A stretch of DNA of 63,329 nucleotides, filler included, from Atractiella rhizophila (Eukaryota), in the NCBI GenBank assembly GCA_021432655.1. It is 17 parts of 17 records of this genome, joined end to end, with 100 filler letters (N's around TTAATTAATTAA, not from the genome) between each part and the next. Parts side by side here need not be neighbours in the genome. Positions count along the whole stretch, not along the records: positions 11,989 to 15,866 come from MU272500.1; positions 15,967 to 19,842 come from MU272501.1; positions 19,943 to 23,807 come from MU272502.1; positions 23,908 to 27,720 come from MU272503.1; 13 more parts are not named here. One strand, written 5' to 3'. The notes under the pieces were generated by a model. The model did not search any database and was not told where the DNA came from. It saw only the letters and a list, made by a program, of their open reading frames with translations. Within the stretch, counting starts at the first letter, position 1; every line of letters begins with the position of its first letter. Below, piece after piece: positions 11,889-25,802 of the stretch. Position numbers and translations under genes: made by a program.

Positions 11889-13748
11889 NNNNNNNNNNNN
11901 NNNNNNNNNNNNNNNNNNNNNNNNNNNNNNNNTTAATTAATTAANNNNNNNNNNNNNNNNNNNNNNNNNNNNNNNNNNNNNNNNNNNNAGCCAGTGGGAA
12001 TGGCTTCTTGGTTAATCTACATTCCACTTGTAACCCAGAGACTTTAAAATAAGTACAGAATAGCATACCCCTCTGTCAAGGACTCAGTTAACAATTTTCC
12101 TATATTCTAACACTTGGGCAGCAAAGAATAGTGGCCCCTCTTCTCCCATAATACTTTTATTTTTCTTCCATTTCTCTACTGTATCATTGACTGATTGACT
12201 TGTCCACATTGTTTCCCAGTCCACAAGCCAGTTTCCCTTCTTATTCCCAGCCTTCTGTCGAGTGTGGGTCTCTAGCACCTGTTTACACAGTGCCTTCATG
12301 ATGGGGGGATCAAAGATGTTGGAGGAAAGTGCAGACATGATGATTGAATTAGTTCCAATGAGCTGGTACTCTGCTGGGAGGAGGCGTGAAGGGTGGGACA
12401 GAGTGGACGCGATGAAGAGGGGCGGGGTGTGAGAGAGCAGTGGCCATGGAAGCTGGTGGATGGAAGGTGAGTATGGGTTACATTGCTTTCCAGCCCAATT
12501 TGTTTGTTATAGACCACTCATCATCTCTCGCAAACAGCACTCGCTCTTGTATATACAAATGAGGGGAGATGCCTCCTTCCACTCCTCATCTCCACTCAGT
12601 ACAATGTCCAGTGGCTCTTATACAACACATATCATCAAAGGTCTCAGAGAGGATGAGGGAATTAGCTGAGAAATGCATGGAAAGGGAGAAGGCTGGATTT
12701 GATTGCATGCTGATATTGCAACTGCATGTGATGTGAGAGAAGCGCTGGTAAACTAGAATCATCAATCACTGTCCACATCCAATCCCAATTTGTGAACGAT
12801 GAACAAATCACCAAACCACGGGGCTAGGAATAACAGCCACTACTTCTTTGATATCTTCTACTGCAATAACATGCATACAACCATCGTGCAAATCCATACC
12901 TTGCAAGACGTCGCTATTCCATCTGGTCTAATTGGTCCAGGATTCTTTGGATAGCTTCATTATCTGCAGGAGCGAAACTACTCAAGTTGAATGGCGGCAT
13001 GGATGGACTGTTGTATAAATTAGGAAAATGACCTTCGAGTTGATCAGCCTCGCTATATCATTAGTAAATGTCAGTTCAAACCGGATAAAGCACCTGAGAT
13101 TCTGTACACTGGTGAGAATCACTGTCACCATTTTCCTCCTTCCTTTCACTAACATCACTTCCACACTCTTCTTCTGGTAACAGGGCCTGTTCTGCCTCAC
13201 GATAAACAGCATGACGATAATATGTACTTTTTTCCACTCTCCTCCACTCTCCTCCACAGTATCGTGTGCAGTTGTACTCCCACAATTTAGCTTAGACAAT
13301 CAACACTGTCTCCGACACTAGCAGAAGATAAGTAACTGCGAGACTGGAGCTACAACAAACGTTTCTCTCCTCGCTCCGCCCCAATTCCACTCCCAGTTCT
13401 TTTTCCTCTTCTTTCCTTTCTTCTCTTTCATCTGCCGTTTCCTCCTCCCTAATACTTATTTTCAGTCATCTTGGGCTACAATTGGTATCCTCCACCCTCC
13501 CTCCCAACAAACACTAGACTTGTCCAATCTCCTCCTATTCCTCCCCTATGACTGACAAGATAGACGTTGCACGGTCAAATGGCAATCTGTTCAGCGAGCT
13601 TTATGCTTTTCTATGTTGGTCATTAGAGGTATAACTCCTTTGCCTCCTCCTCATACCTCTCTAAGGCACTCCCTTTGTAGCGGTTCTCAAGGTGGGGTTG
13701 GGATGTGAGTGATAGATGGTGGATGTGTGTATGTTTCATTCTATCGAT

Positions 13749-14606
13749 CAGTGCTGAGCACATTACATTATAATGTTAATCATTACTTTTTTAATGAAAA
13801 ATAATGCTCTTTTGGCACAGTATAATCTAATGCCATTACTTTCACAAAACTCGTCTATAAGATAATGGTAATGCATTATTTTCTAGTGTTATATCACATT
13901 ATAATGGCAGTACTTTTGTTTACAAACACCAATTGACAGAGAACAACAAAAGAACGACGAATACAATGGAAATCAGCACGTCTCAATACAATAACGGGTG
14001 GAAAACAATGTAATTATTCCACCCCTATTTGTCCTCCAAAGTCAGTCTGAATTCATCAGGAATAGAAACACGTTATATCATCCAATCCTTCAAGGTCATG
14101 CTCTGCACAAGCGTCGTTGCCGTCATTGAGGCTTGTTGTCGGTTAGGATCCTGTGAGGGCGAGATAGTCCCCTTGAGCACTGTAAACAGAGAGCAATGAG
14201 AGAGCTTGTAAATTGAAGTTGAAGGGCTTTTAACATGGTTGGGGAAAATAGGAATTCCATAAGTCTGAAGTCCATATGACCAGCAGAAAGGTAGTTCATG
14301 CAGTGAAGGAGCATGAAACGGAGAAGATGGTTGTCAGAAGTTGAATTAACTTGACACGGCTGTGGCTCCGTTCTCGAGGCTACTAAGCACTGAAAACACA
14401 GAAAATAAGAACAGATCCTAGCAAAACCAGTGTTCTTTTGTGCCTTACCATGCGATATGTAAGACATGATTATTATGCATTACTAGGCATTAGTCCTGGA
14501 TTCTGGTAATGGTAATGCCATTACTTTGTACTGGAAAGTATGGGAGAAAACAGTGCATTACATTACATTAAAAAAGCACTACATTACACTGCATTACCAG
14601 TACCTG
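13749..14606. mobile_element. Putative non-autonomous DNA transposon with CATTAC/GTAATG subterminal repeats
   Basis: AT-rich clusters of CATTAC/GTAATG/AATGCCATTACTTT at about 13760-13910 and 14470-14600. Ends are CAGTGCTG.. and ..CAGTACCTG, an imperfect TIR. Confidence 0.4.
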
Positions 14607-17600
14607 TAATGGAAAAGGTGACAGGCTGAATAAAATGGTGATATGAGTAAAAATATTGTAGCTAAACCCCTTCCACTCCAGGGTGCCTCGTGCGAAAGTA
14701 GATTCAAACTCGTGGCGCTGAAGGTTATTTAACGCCGCGCCTGCCTTTCTGCGTTGGCCTGGTTGCCTCGCCCTCTCCTGCCCCCTCCGTCTCTTCACTT
14801 CTGTCCAGTTGTTCCTATCGTTCTCTCTTCTTCGTCCCGCCTCCCCTTCAATTCCATTCTGAACCAAAGGCAAGTCGATGCTGCAAACTCGAAACTGGCC
14901 GGAGGTTTCGCTTGTGCTCCAAACCTGCGGCGGCAGCTCCGATTGAAATTGTCGTACGGCCGAAAGGGCCCCGCGCCGTTTCCCGTCGCCTCGCCTCGTA
15001 AGCGCGGTTTGTAGTTGTGATTTCTTTGCTAACCAGTCAGCAGCATCCCAAAAGGGGCAGTTCTCAAAATTCCGCGCCGCTCTCCGTTCCCTAGCAAGCT
15101 CTCTCGCGCGACCCCAACCCTGCTTGTAAACTTGACCAGACGAAGCGCACTACGCTCTTCGCATTCGCAGAGTCGCCCGCCTTTTCGCCGCCGGCCTTGC
15201 CTCTGTCGCCTTTGCGCGCTGCAGGCTCTCAGTTCCTCCGTTCCGCCGTGCCGCCCGTCTTTTCTCATCTTTGCCTCTAATATTTGAAGTTTCCGACTTC
15301 TACTTAGTCCTTCTGCGTTCGCAGCGCAAAGTTTTCCATCCACGTCGGCTACTTTGGCGCTCCGAAATTTTCGCCTTCCATCTTGGCGTTCTACTGTAAC
15401 AGCTGTGAAATGGAGTTTTAACCCGCTGCCTTGGTCTTCTACGTTTACAACTCCACAGTTACGAGCATTGACGTTTTATGTTTCCGACTAGGACGTTTGC
15501 GGTTGCGAACGAATTAAAAGCCCAGAAAACAAAGTTCTGGTCCTAGTCCAACGCACGTGAGTAAGTCACTGAGTCGCGCGGTGATCACCAAAACTCATCA
15601 ACCAACCGCTCTCCCAAGCTCACTCAGAGCTCTCCTTTCAACGCTCTTTGATCGCATCCTTTCTTTGCCACCAAGTCTCCAACCCAAGAACACATTCACT
15701 GCACACCCATCAAGCCAACGCATGACCTTCTTGAAGGAAATGGCACCAGAGGGCGGTCAGATGAGTAGCAGCACCTTGCTAGACATGAATTTGGGTCTCT
15801 CTTTCTTCGTTCCGGAAACTTCCAATCCACACTCTCATTTTCTCTACGAGCTTTCAGTCTTGGCCANNNNNNNNNNNNNNNNNNNNNNNNNNNNNNNNNN
15901 NNNNNNNNNNTTAATTAATTAANNNNNNNNNNNNNNNNNNNNNNNNNNNNNNNNNNNNNNNNNNNNTGGTGAGAACTGGAGCTGGTCTGACATTGGAAAG
16001 GGCAGCGAAATGCTGAGTTGTACTAGGGAAAAAGGTATAAGTGGTAACGGTTCAAGAGTAGAACTAGTCAAGGTAATTGCGATCTTGTCACGGGGTGACC
16101 AGAGTTGCCAAATCTGCCATGCGAAGGTTAAGCCAGCGGATTACGACGGACACTATCTCAAAGAAGACTGCTTGGGTCAATCGTTAATAAACTTGTTGGG
16201 AATCACCAGCTGTGCGCAGAGATGGTCGGTCGGCTCGAGGAAAATGTCAATGAGCTGTCATGGGGTCATCTGCCGTCGCACCTCCCTGCTCAACGCTGTA
16301 TTCGCTGCATTGGCCTCGCAAAAGCCACTCCAACCAGAGGGGTTCAGATGGGACAGCACCATCGAAGTAAAGCTTGCAAAACTCTCTTCGGCCTTCGGCT
16401 CCACGACCCTGATCTCTTTCCGGAAGTCGTCACACCACTTACGTTTCTCAGATCCATCGATCTCGATCCCTCCTTCCAATCTCCTTACACATCAAGGCAA
16501 CCTGCACCCGCTGTCTCTTCCCCAGTTTCAATGGAGAACACCCTGGAAACCGCTTCCCTTCGGCCAAGTACGAGCAAGGACGATATCGTTTTCGAATCGA
16601 TGCACGTCCTGACCACGGCGCGAATCTCATGAAGACTGTACGGGCTGGAAGAAGCAGCAAAACATGCCAGGGTGTTTCGCGTGCAATAAGATTTCTTCCT
16701 CTCGTGATTGCATCAACCTCCTTCGTGAGCGGAGAAGAAGATCTTTTCCTCAAGCAAAGTCCAGAATAGATTCCTTTGTCATGCCAGCTGGAGGGCAAGA
16801 ATAAGAATTCAGTACGACGCATTAACGCGTGCGAACATGAACCAAGGAGGGTCCGGGAACAACGCGATAAGCTTCGTCTTGAACGTCTTTGCGTACACGA
16901 CCTCATCCGCGAAGTCTCCACCTCCAGCTGCCTTTTGCCGGCAATCCATCGACCTTCGTCGCTCATTTCCAGAGAGTCTCAGCGCATTCAGGCACGTTGT
17001 TGCTGGAGATCTTGAGGTCGAGAGATTTTCGCAGAAAGAGTATGACATTGCAGAGATAGTCTATCGGAGAGGAGTAACCGACACACTTCCCCACAGTGAC
17101 AGAGTGACCAGAATTTGGATCTGATGCTGCTGGACGTTTCTAGGGACGAGACCGTTCACTGTTCTATCCGGCTATAAAGTAGATGACACCCTGTGTTGAC
17201 GCTGAAAGGCCCAAAAGGTGCTCTCGACGTTGGTTCTAAATATTTGCTCCATTTTGAGACTGTTGAGCGGCTAATGCGAATGGCCAGGTTGTGGTACAGG
17301 GTTGTGGCTATCGAGCTGGCGGATGAGTTCCCACTCGCCTGAGTGACAGCGTAGGCTTCCACATTCTCATTCTCATTCTCTTACACTTTTGAGACAACTC
17401 ACACCCAGAGCACTTGCTGATTCTGTTCTGTTGGAAGGTGCAGTTTCGACCTCGTACCTAGTTACCCAACAGAAGTTCCTCCAAACTGCCACTTCTTGAT
17501 CGACGACGTATCGCGAGGTTTGGATTATCCAGCCAGCCGCGTAATGCCCAATGGAGAGATGGATTGCAACCAGGAGACCGATGGTCCAGAAGAGGTGTGC

Positions 17601-18753
17601 TTCGAGCCCTCATCATTCTTGAATGCATAGATTCGACGCGCATACAGGATTTGACACATGCAGGTGAGCATAGGAACAATCACTAGCCTGACAAAGTGTT
17701 ATAGGAAGCGTAGAATGGTGGTGGAGAGTTAAGACAAACAAGACTATGATCAAGCGATTAGGTGTTCTGAGGGTGGTGTGTCAGTTCAAGAAAACAGTCT
17801 CAAGGGAACCAAATGTAAAACCAGTTACTCCACGGAGCGTAACGACAGGAAGAAATAGTTCAAACCAAACAAGCTTGATCATGCTTCTCCCCAGCCAAAT
17901 TTAGTTGGTTAATGAGTTAGTCGAAGAAGGGGGAAAGAACGGACCAGTCCATGACGTCAAGGAGTAGGAGAGCAGGGAGTTCACAAATAACTAGCTTGTT
18001 GGTCTACTCAAAACAGACAGCTCAGTGTCATTTGATACCTGGAGTGCACTCGGGAACTGCAGGAAAGAATCATTTTGAAACAATGACAAAACTGCCGTTG
18101 CAAAATGAGCAATGTCGAAACCCGAGGACTGGCCGATTACCTGAGCAAGTCCAATTCCCCACAGGCGAAAGGAGAGCACAACTGCAATTGCAATGGGCCG
18201 TATAATGCTCACATAGAGATTTGGACTGAACATCACAAAATCAGTTGCAGGACTGACCATCCTGTCACATAGTATGAGTTAGTAGGGGAGTGAGAGGACC
18301 TGCTTCTGGTTTGGTTGGCAGCTTTTATGCCTTCTGACCATTTGGATTGGTTGTTGTTCAAGCAGAAGCAAAAATTCGCCCGGTCTTTGAAAGATCCCGA
18401 AGCACAACAGTGAGGTAGGGTCATGATGCATCAGAGTAAGCAAAGAAGGGATCTGCATAAACTTCCAGGAGCGTGGATACCGTCCTCTCTGCCATTGTGA
18501 TGCTGGTGTTGTATCGCGAACAATAATTTGAGGACCTATTCTTCATGCAGGGGGTTATAAAATGACCCCATCTACCCACTGTTCGAAAAGTCCTATTTTT
18601 CTGTTGATCCAAATTATGCTTTGAAAACTCGTTGAGATCGTTATTCAGACCAAACACACTCGGAAAGGAAATGTGCTAAGTCCTTCTGTAAGGTGGCTGC
18701 TTAATAACGAGCCGAACGAGACCTCTCTGGCCTGCCCCTAACTACCAGCAGCA

Positions 18754-19107
18754 TTGACATCACCAGCACAATTTAAGATCATCCCAGCATCCACCAAAAT
18801 CCCACCGGAGGTCATATCCATGATCTTTGAGTATGCAATTTGCCAACAAACACGGAACAAAGTGGCGGAATCACTAAAATCGTACTCCTCAGTTTGTCAG
18901 GCATGGAGTGGATGTGCTCAAGTAATGTCTCGTCTGCATTGATAATTTGACGGCTGACTCAGTATTACAGAGACTTTTGCTACGCAAACTCACTGTTCAA
19001 ACACTCGAAGTTCTGAAATCCATTCGAGGAGCCGCCAACAAGTCTTTGACTGGCAAGTCGACCGTTGCACTGCTTGTAACGCGACTACAAGAAGCTGGCA
19101 AGGCTCC
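18754..19107 (+). pseudogene. F-box-like gene fragment interrupted by an LTR-like repeat
   Basis: IPPEVISMIFEYA...LKSYSSVCQAWSGCAQ matches the F-box pattern. A GTAATG..CAG intron is followed by a short exon that runs into the repeat at 19108. Confidence 0.55.
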
Positions 19108-19690
19108 TGATAGTGGCGGGAGTTCGAAATAAGATAATCTAAAACATGAGTTTGCATAGTATAAGAACAATAGCATAAGATATAAGTATAAGCGAGACAA
19201 ACATACCTAAAACACTCGAAGAGTCTATGGAGCTGGGGACAGCGGAGAAGGCTTTGGCAAAGCCCTAAAATAGCATGGACTAAGTAAGCGGAGAAGACGG
19301 TCAAAAGAAGAGTACAGACCCTCTTCGAGTGTTTTAGAAACGAGGGGTATGTCGAACTTGCAGAGAAGAGAAAGGAAACCTTCGAAGCGTGCTTGAATGA
19401 GCACAGCATAACTAATGAGAGAAGGTACTCACCTCACACACAGCACTAGCTATACCTCAGTACAGGCAAGCTCAATGTGATGGTGGTTGTGTGTGAGTAT
19501 TAAATACTCCTCAGGTCTTCATACGTGGCCTCAGAGGTAGTTAATGTGGCTGTTCAACTTTAGCTAGGAATACCATCACCCATCACAGTGCCCAGAGTTG
19601 GCCTATTAGACTCCCTCACCTCGGCGAAATTTAAGTTGAATCAGTCCCAGTCCTACCGTCTTCAACTGTGCATATAAGAGTGTGTTAGCA
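19108..19690 (-). mobile_element. Solo-LTR-like repeat
   Basis: TG..CA ends and a TATTTAA box. Reverse complement of about 19270-19500 matches 58160-58385 (e.g. GAGCTTGCCTGTA(C/T)TGAGGTATAGCTAGTGCTGTGTGTGAGGTGAGTAC). No TSD found. Confidence 0.55.
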
Positions 19691-20116
19691 CATGCTGACA
19701 GATTCAGATCATGATCCATCCCGTATGCTCTACCTCCAATGGTTTGCAGTGGTGAACCGGGAGCTTTTTCTCAGAAGGAGACCGTGGGTTTGGAGACCGT
19801 GGGTTTCCATTTTACCTGCACAAGAAACTGCAAGGCTAAGGGNNNNNNNNNNNNNNNNNNNNNNNNNNNNNNNNNNNNNNNNNNNNTTAATTAATTAANN
19901 NNNNNNNNNNNNNNNNNNNNNNNNNNNNNNNNNNNNNNNNNNTCATGATGTCTCACGCGTGTTCTACCCAAGGTGTGGAAAGGACTGATTGGGCAATTTA
20001 CTTTCTCAGTTCCCATGTTAAGTCCAACTTCCCGGCCCAGTCTGGCATCACAATGCCCATGAGTCGAAACGTTAACATTACAGGTGCCGTACTTAATAAA
20101 TGATTTCTCCTTTCTC

Positions 20117-21972
<1,856 letters not shown>

Positions 21973-22051
21973 GGCAGTTCTTAGTGCTTCCGAATGTCAA
22001 ATGCTGCAGCTTCAATGACAAATGGCTGAGAACGAAAACTTTTGCAGTGTG

Positions 22052-22084
22052 ACCCTAACTGGGACGTTGAACCCTAAGTCGCGC
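22052..22084. promoter_or_regulatory. Two ACCCTAA (telobox/Tbf1-like) motifs and a CGCG core in the 174-bp bidirectional CBF5/MCM7 promoter
   Basis: ACCCTAA at 22052-22058 and 22071-22077; TCGCGC at about 22079-22084. Confidence 0.4.
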
Positions 22085-22146
22085 CTGGACGTTGCAGTGA
22101 ACACCCATCAACAACCCTCTATCCGTCTATCCTCTATGCCATTGTT

Positions 22147-23807
22147 ATGGCTGCATTGAGCGAGTACAACAACATCAATGGGAAGGTTAATTACGAAGAC
22201 GAAGTCGGACACGTCCAATCCTTTCTCACCTCCTTCAAAGGGGCGAAAGTTCAGGATGATGACGGTATTCTAGAAGGAGGAATAGCAGATTTAGACATTT
22301 CTGACGTGCCGTTACTTGGTGAAGATAGAGGTTTGAAATATAAGCAAATCTTGGTGCGTCTTCTAACGCGTTTTGGAGGTATGTTTGGGTACATGATGAG
22401 TCTCAGCAACAAGCAGCCAATCGTCAAATCGCAAAGATTGAGATCGATTTGGAAGATCTTAGACAGGTGCGTTTTAGATTTGGACCGATGGATGAGTGCG
22501 AAGATGAATAGTACGATATCGACACCGGAAACGAGGCGCTCATCAACCACGTGATGGGAAATTCCCGTCGATATGTCGAGCTTTTCGGGAAGGTTATTGA
22601 CTCCAATTTACCCCCTCCAGATCGAGAAATTGTGGAGGACGTCCTCGATGTTATAGTTGCTCAGCGAAGGGAAAGGAATGCACAGAACGAGGAAGTCGGG
22701 GAGCTCGTTTTCCCTGCCCAACTCTTAAGGCGATAGTGCGTCCTTCTCCTCGAGTATGCATTGCTAAATGCCCATTATAGCAATGTTTACTTCAAACCAC
22801 CTCGCCCAATTGTCCCCTTGGCTGTTCGGCAGGTGAAAGGAGCTCATCTGGGCAAGTTTATCACAGTGGCAGGCATCGTAACGAGGGTTTCGGAAGTAAA
22901 GCCCCTACTTCTTGTCAATGCTTACTCGTGCGATTCTTGCGGAATGGAGATATTTCAAGAAGTCGATGACAAAAGCGTGACACCACTGCAAGATTGCATC
23001 TCGCAGACTTGTGTCAGCAACACTATCAAAGGTTCACTTCATATGCAGACTCGAGCCAGCAAATTCGAATCGTTCCAGGAGGTCAAAATCCAAGAGCTTG
23101 TACGTCGTTCTACTCCTTCTACAGCACCGCTTCATCCTGTATCAGGCAGACCAAGTACCGGTCGGTCACATACCTCGTTCAATGTCTGTTCACCTCTTCG
23201 GGGCTATCACTCGATCTGTCAGCCCTGGTGATGTGGTTCATATATCCGGCATATTCGTTCCAGTCCCATATTCAGGCTTTCGAGCGCTCCGGGCAGGTCT
23301 TCTTACGGATACATATCTAGAGGCCCACCATGTGAGGCAGCTCAAGAAGCAGTACACGAATCTGGATGTCACACCGCAGATTGAACGTGAGATCATCGAA
23401 TTGAAACAAGACCCAGCAGCGTATCAACGCCTCGCTTGCAGCATTGCTCCCGAAATCTTCGGTCATGAAGATGTGAAGAAAGCTTTACTACTTCTCATGG
23501 TCGGCGGGGTCACGAAGGATGTCAGCGATGGTATGATGATTCGGGGCGATATCAATATTTGTCTCATGGGAGATCCTGGAGTGGCCAAGTCTCAGCTCCT
23601 AAAATATATTTCCAAAGTCGCTCCTCGAGGTGTGTATACGACGGGCCGGGGTTCTTCTGGTGTGGGATTGACTGCCGCTGTCATGAGAGATCCTGTCACG
23701 GATGAAATGGTTCTAGGTACTTCCTGCACCCCACTTAGCCCACTGATTTTGATTCTGTCTTAGAGGGCGGAGCCCTGGTGCTTGCCGACAACGGAATCGC
23801 TTGCATT
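22147..23807 (+). CDS. MCM7: DNA replication licensing factor Mcm7, multi-exon, 3' truncated
   Basis: [11 protein letters not shown], CxxC zinc site, [41 protein letters not shown] and [30 protein letters not shown]. Confidence 0.97.
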
Positions 23808-23907
23808 NNNNNNNNNNNNNNNNNNNNNNNNNNNNNNNNNNNNNNNNNNNNTTAATTAATTAANNNNNNNNNNNNNNNNNNNNNNNNNNNNNNNNNNNNN
23901 NNNNNNN

Positions 23908-24962
23908 GCCTACGTCGATTGCCTTTTCACCAACAGGTGATTTTCTCGCTTCTACCCATGTTGGAAATGTGGGAATCGCGCTTTGGACCAATAGGGCACA
24001 GTTTGTCCAAGTGTCTCTGAAGAGTTTTGGCGAGAAAGAGATGCGAGAGATGGCCATGCCGGAGTTTAAAGGCGGGGACGAGGATGAGGGTGAGGACGTT
24101 GTGGACGAATCACTGTCGGTGCCGAGTACTATACCTGAAAGTAACGGCGCTGTGAAGTGGAGCCCTCTGACGAATTCCAATGGGACCAATATGGTCACGA
24201 CGTCGCTAATGCCCAGGAGCAAATGGATTGCATTACTCCAGCTCGATGTTATACGCGTTCGTATTTCTGCCCATATTTTGTTAGCGTTAACCACCAAGTA
24301 CTCTAGCATCGCAATAAGCCCAAGCAACCACCAAAAGCTCCTGAGCAAGCTCCGTTTTTCCTTCCAACTGTTGAAGGCGTAGAGCACAAGTTTGACTTCT
24401 CGGACGTCAAGGATGACGGCGGCAAGGGGAAGGAGAAAGCTTTCGAATCTCGACATCTTATTAATTTTATGGATGGGATTGAGACAGAGCTTGTGAGGCG
24501 TATCAAGGCTGAACCGGAGGACGGAGACTGTAGGCACTTCCCTGCCTCCGGCTAGTCCAACCTGAAGAGTTTTGCCTGTCAGATGCAGATGTCTTTGAAT
24601 ACCTTAGAAACCTCTCGCCAGCAGGCATTGATCGTGAGATCGGTGGCCTAACAAATACTTGTCATCTCACACTCTTCCTCCGAGCCGTTTTGCGGCGACT
24701 AGAGCTTCATCTAGATTTCGAGATGCTCCAGTCCTTCTTAAACGTCACGTTGAGGAGTCACGGAGACGTCGTTATGCCGACTGGAAGCGAAGTGCACGAC
24801 GATGATGAGATTGAAGTGGATGAAGAGTTGGAGCGGGAGGAACTCTTGCGATTGCTGAGAAGAATTGGAGAAGTTGAAAGAGAGGAGAGTCACCGATTAG
24901 GCACCTTATTGGGATTCGCCCTTGGAAGTCTCAAATTTGTTAAGAATGAACCGCTTGGGTGA
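23908..24962 (+). CDS. UTP21: U3 snoRNP WD40 protein Utp21 (WDR36), C-terminal part
   Basis: PTSIAFSPTGDFLASTHVGNVGIALWTNRAQF, TSLMPRSKW..LLQLDVIR|HRNKPKQPPKAPEQAPFFLPT and DFEMLQSFLNVTLRSHGD. Confidence 0.92.
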
Positions 24963-25127
24963 AATCAATCGCGTTGTAACACTCAGGTGTTGATCCGAGA
25001 TGATCGATTCGATGAGCGTTAACGATGAACTGCCATGCACTCTGTTAAAAGTCTGCAGTACTGAGCTAAACGAACTAAACACTGTAATGGCTACATTGCG
25101 AGTTCGTGTGCCTGCTGTTGTATCTCC

Positions 25128-25182
25128 CACGTGACTCTCCACGGTCGGAAACTCGAATTTGAACTTTTGACAATAACCCTAA
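25128..25182. promoter_or_regulatory. CACGTGAC (Cbf1-type) and TAACCCTAA (Tbf1/telobox-type) motifs upstream of RPL14
   Basis: CACGTGAC at 25128-25135 and TAACCCTAA at 25174-25182, upstream of a 5'-UTR intron (GTGAGT..ACAG, about 25229-25300). Confidence 0.45.
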
Positions 25183-25308
25183 TCTAATTCTGTGGCTTCT
25201 TGTTTTCCGCATTCCATTCCATCGCCAGGTGAGTTTACTGAGGAAAGGACCGTTGTACGTGATTTTTATGGGTAAAGGTCACGACTGACGAGAGGAACAG
25301 AGTCAGTC

Positions 25309-25802
25309 ATGTTGTTCGACTCAAAAATTAAATCCCGCGACGCGAAGGGAGCGTTCAAGCGCTACGTTCAAGTTGGGCGCGTTGTCCTTCTCACCGAAGG
25401 CAAGGACTCTGGCAAGCTCGCCGTCATTGTCGAAATCATTGATCATAATCGCGTTTGTGCTTCTTCTTTTGCATTCATGTACCTTGCTTAGGCCGCTTGA
25501 ACAAACAGGCACTCATTGAAAACCCCTCATCGACCACCCCAGTTCCCCGCCAAGCTTACTCCTACCGCCGTCTCCTCCTAACACCCCTCGTACTTTCTAT
25601 TCCAAGGGCTATTGGATCAGCAGGCCTCAAGAAAGCGTGGGAGAAGTCAGATATCCCGTCGAAGTGGGAGAGCTCCACTTGGGCTAAGAAGAGGCTGGCT
25701 CAGGAAAAGAGGAAGAACATGACTGATTTCGAGAGGTTCGAGGTCAGACTATTAAAAAAGCAGAGACAGGGATTGATTGGTGCTGGGCTGAAGAAGAAGT
25801 GA
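25309..25802 (+). CDS. RPL14: 60S ribosomal protein L14 (eL14), 2 coding exons
   Basis: [14 protein letters not shown]...[18 protein letters not shown]...[10 protein letters not shown]...MTDFERF. Confidence 0.97.
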
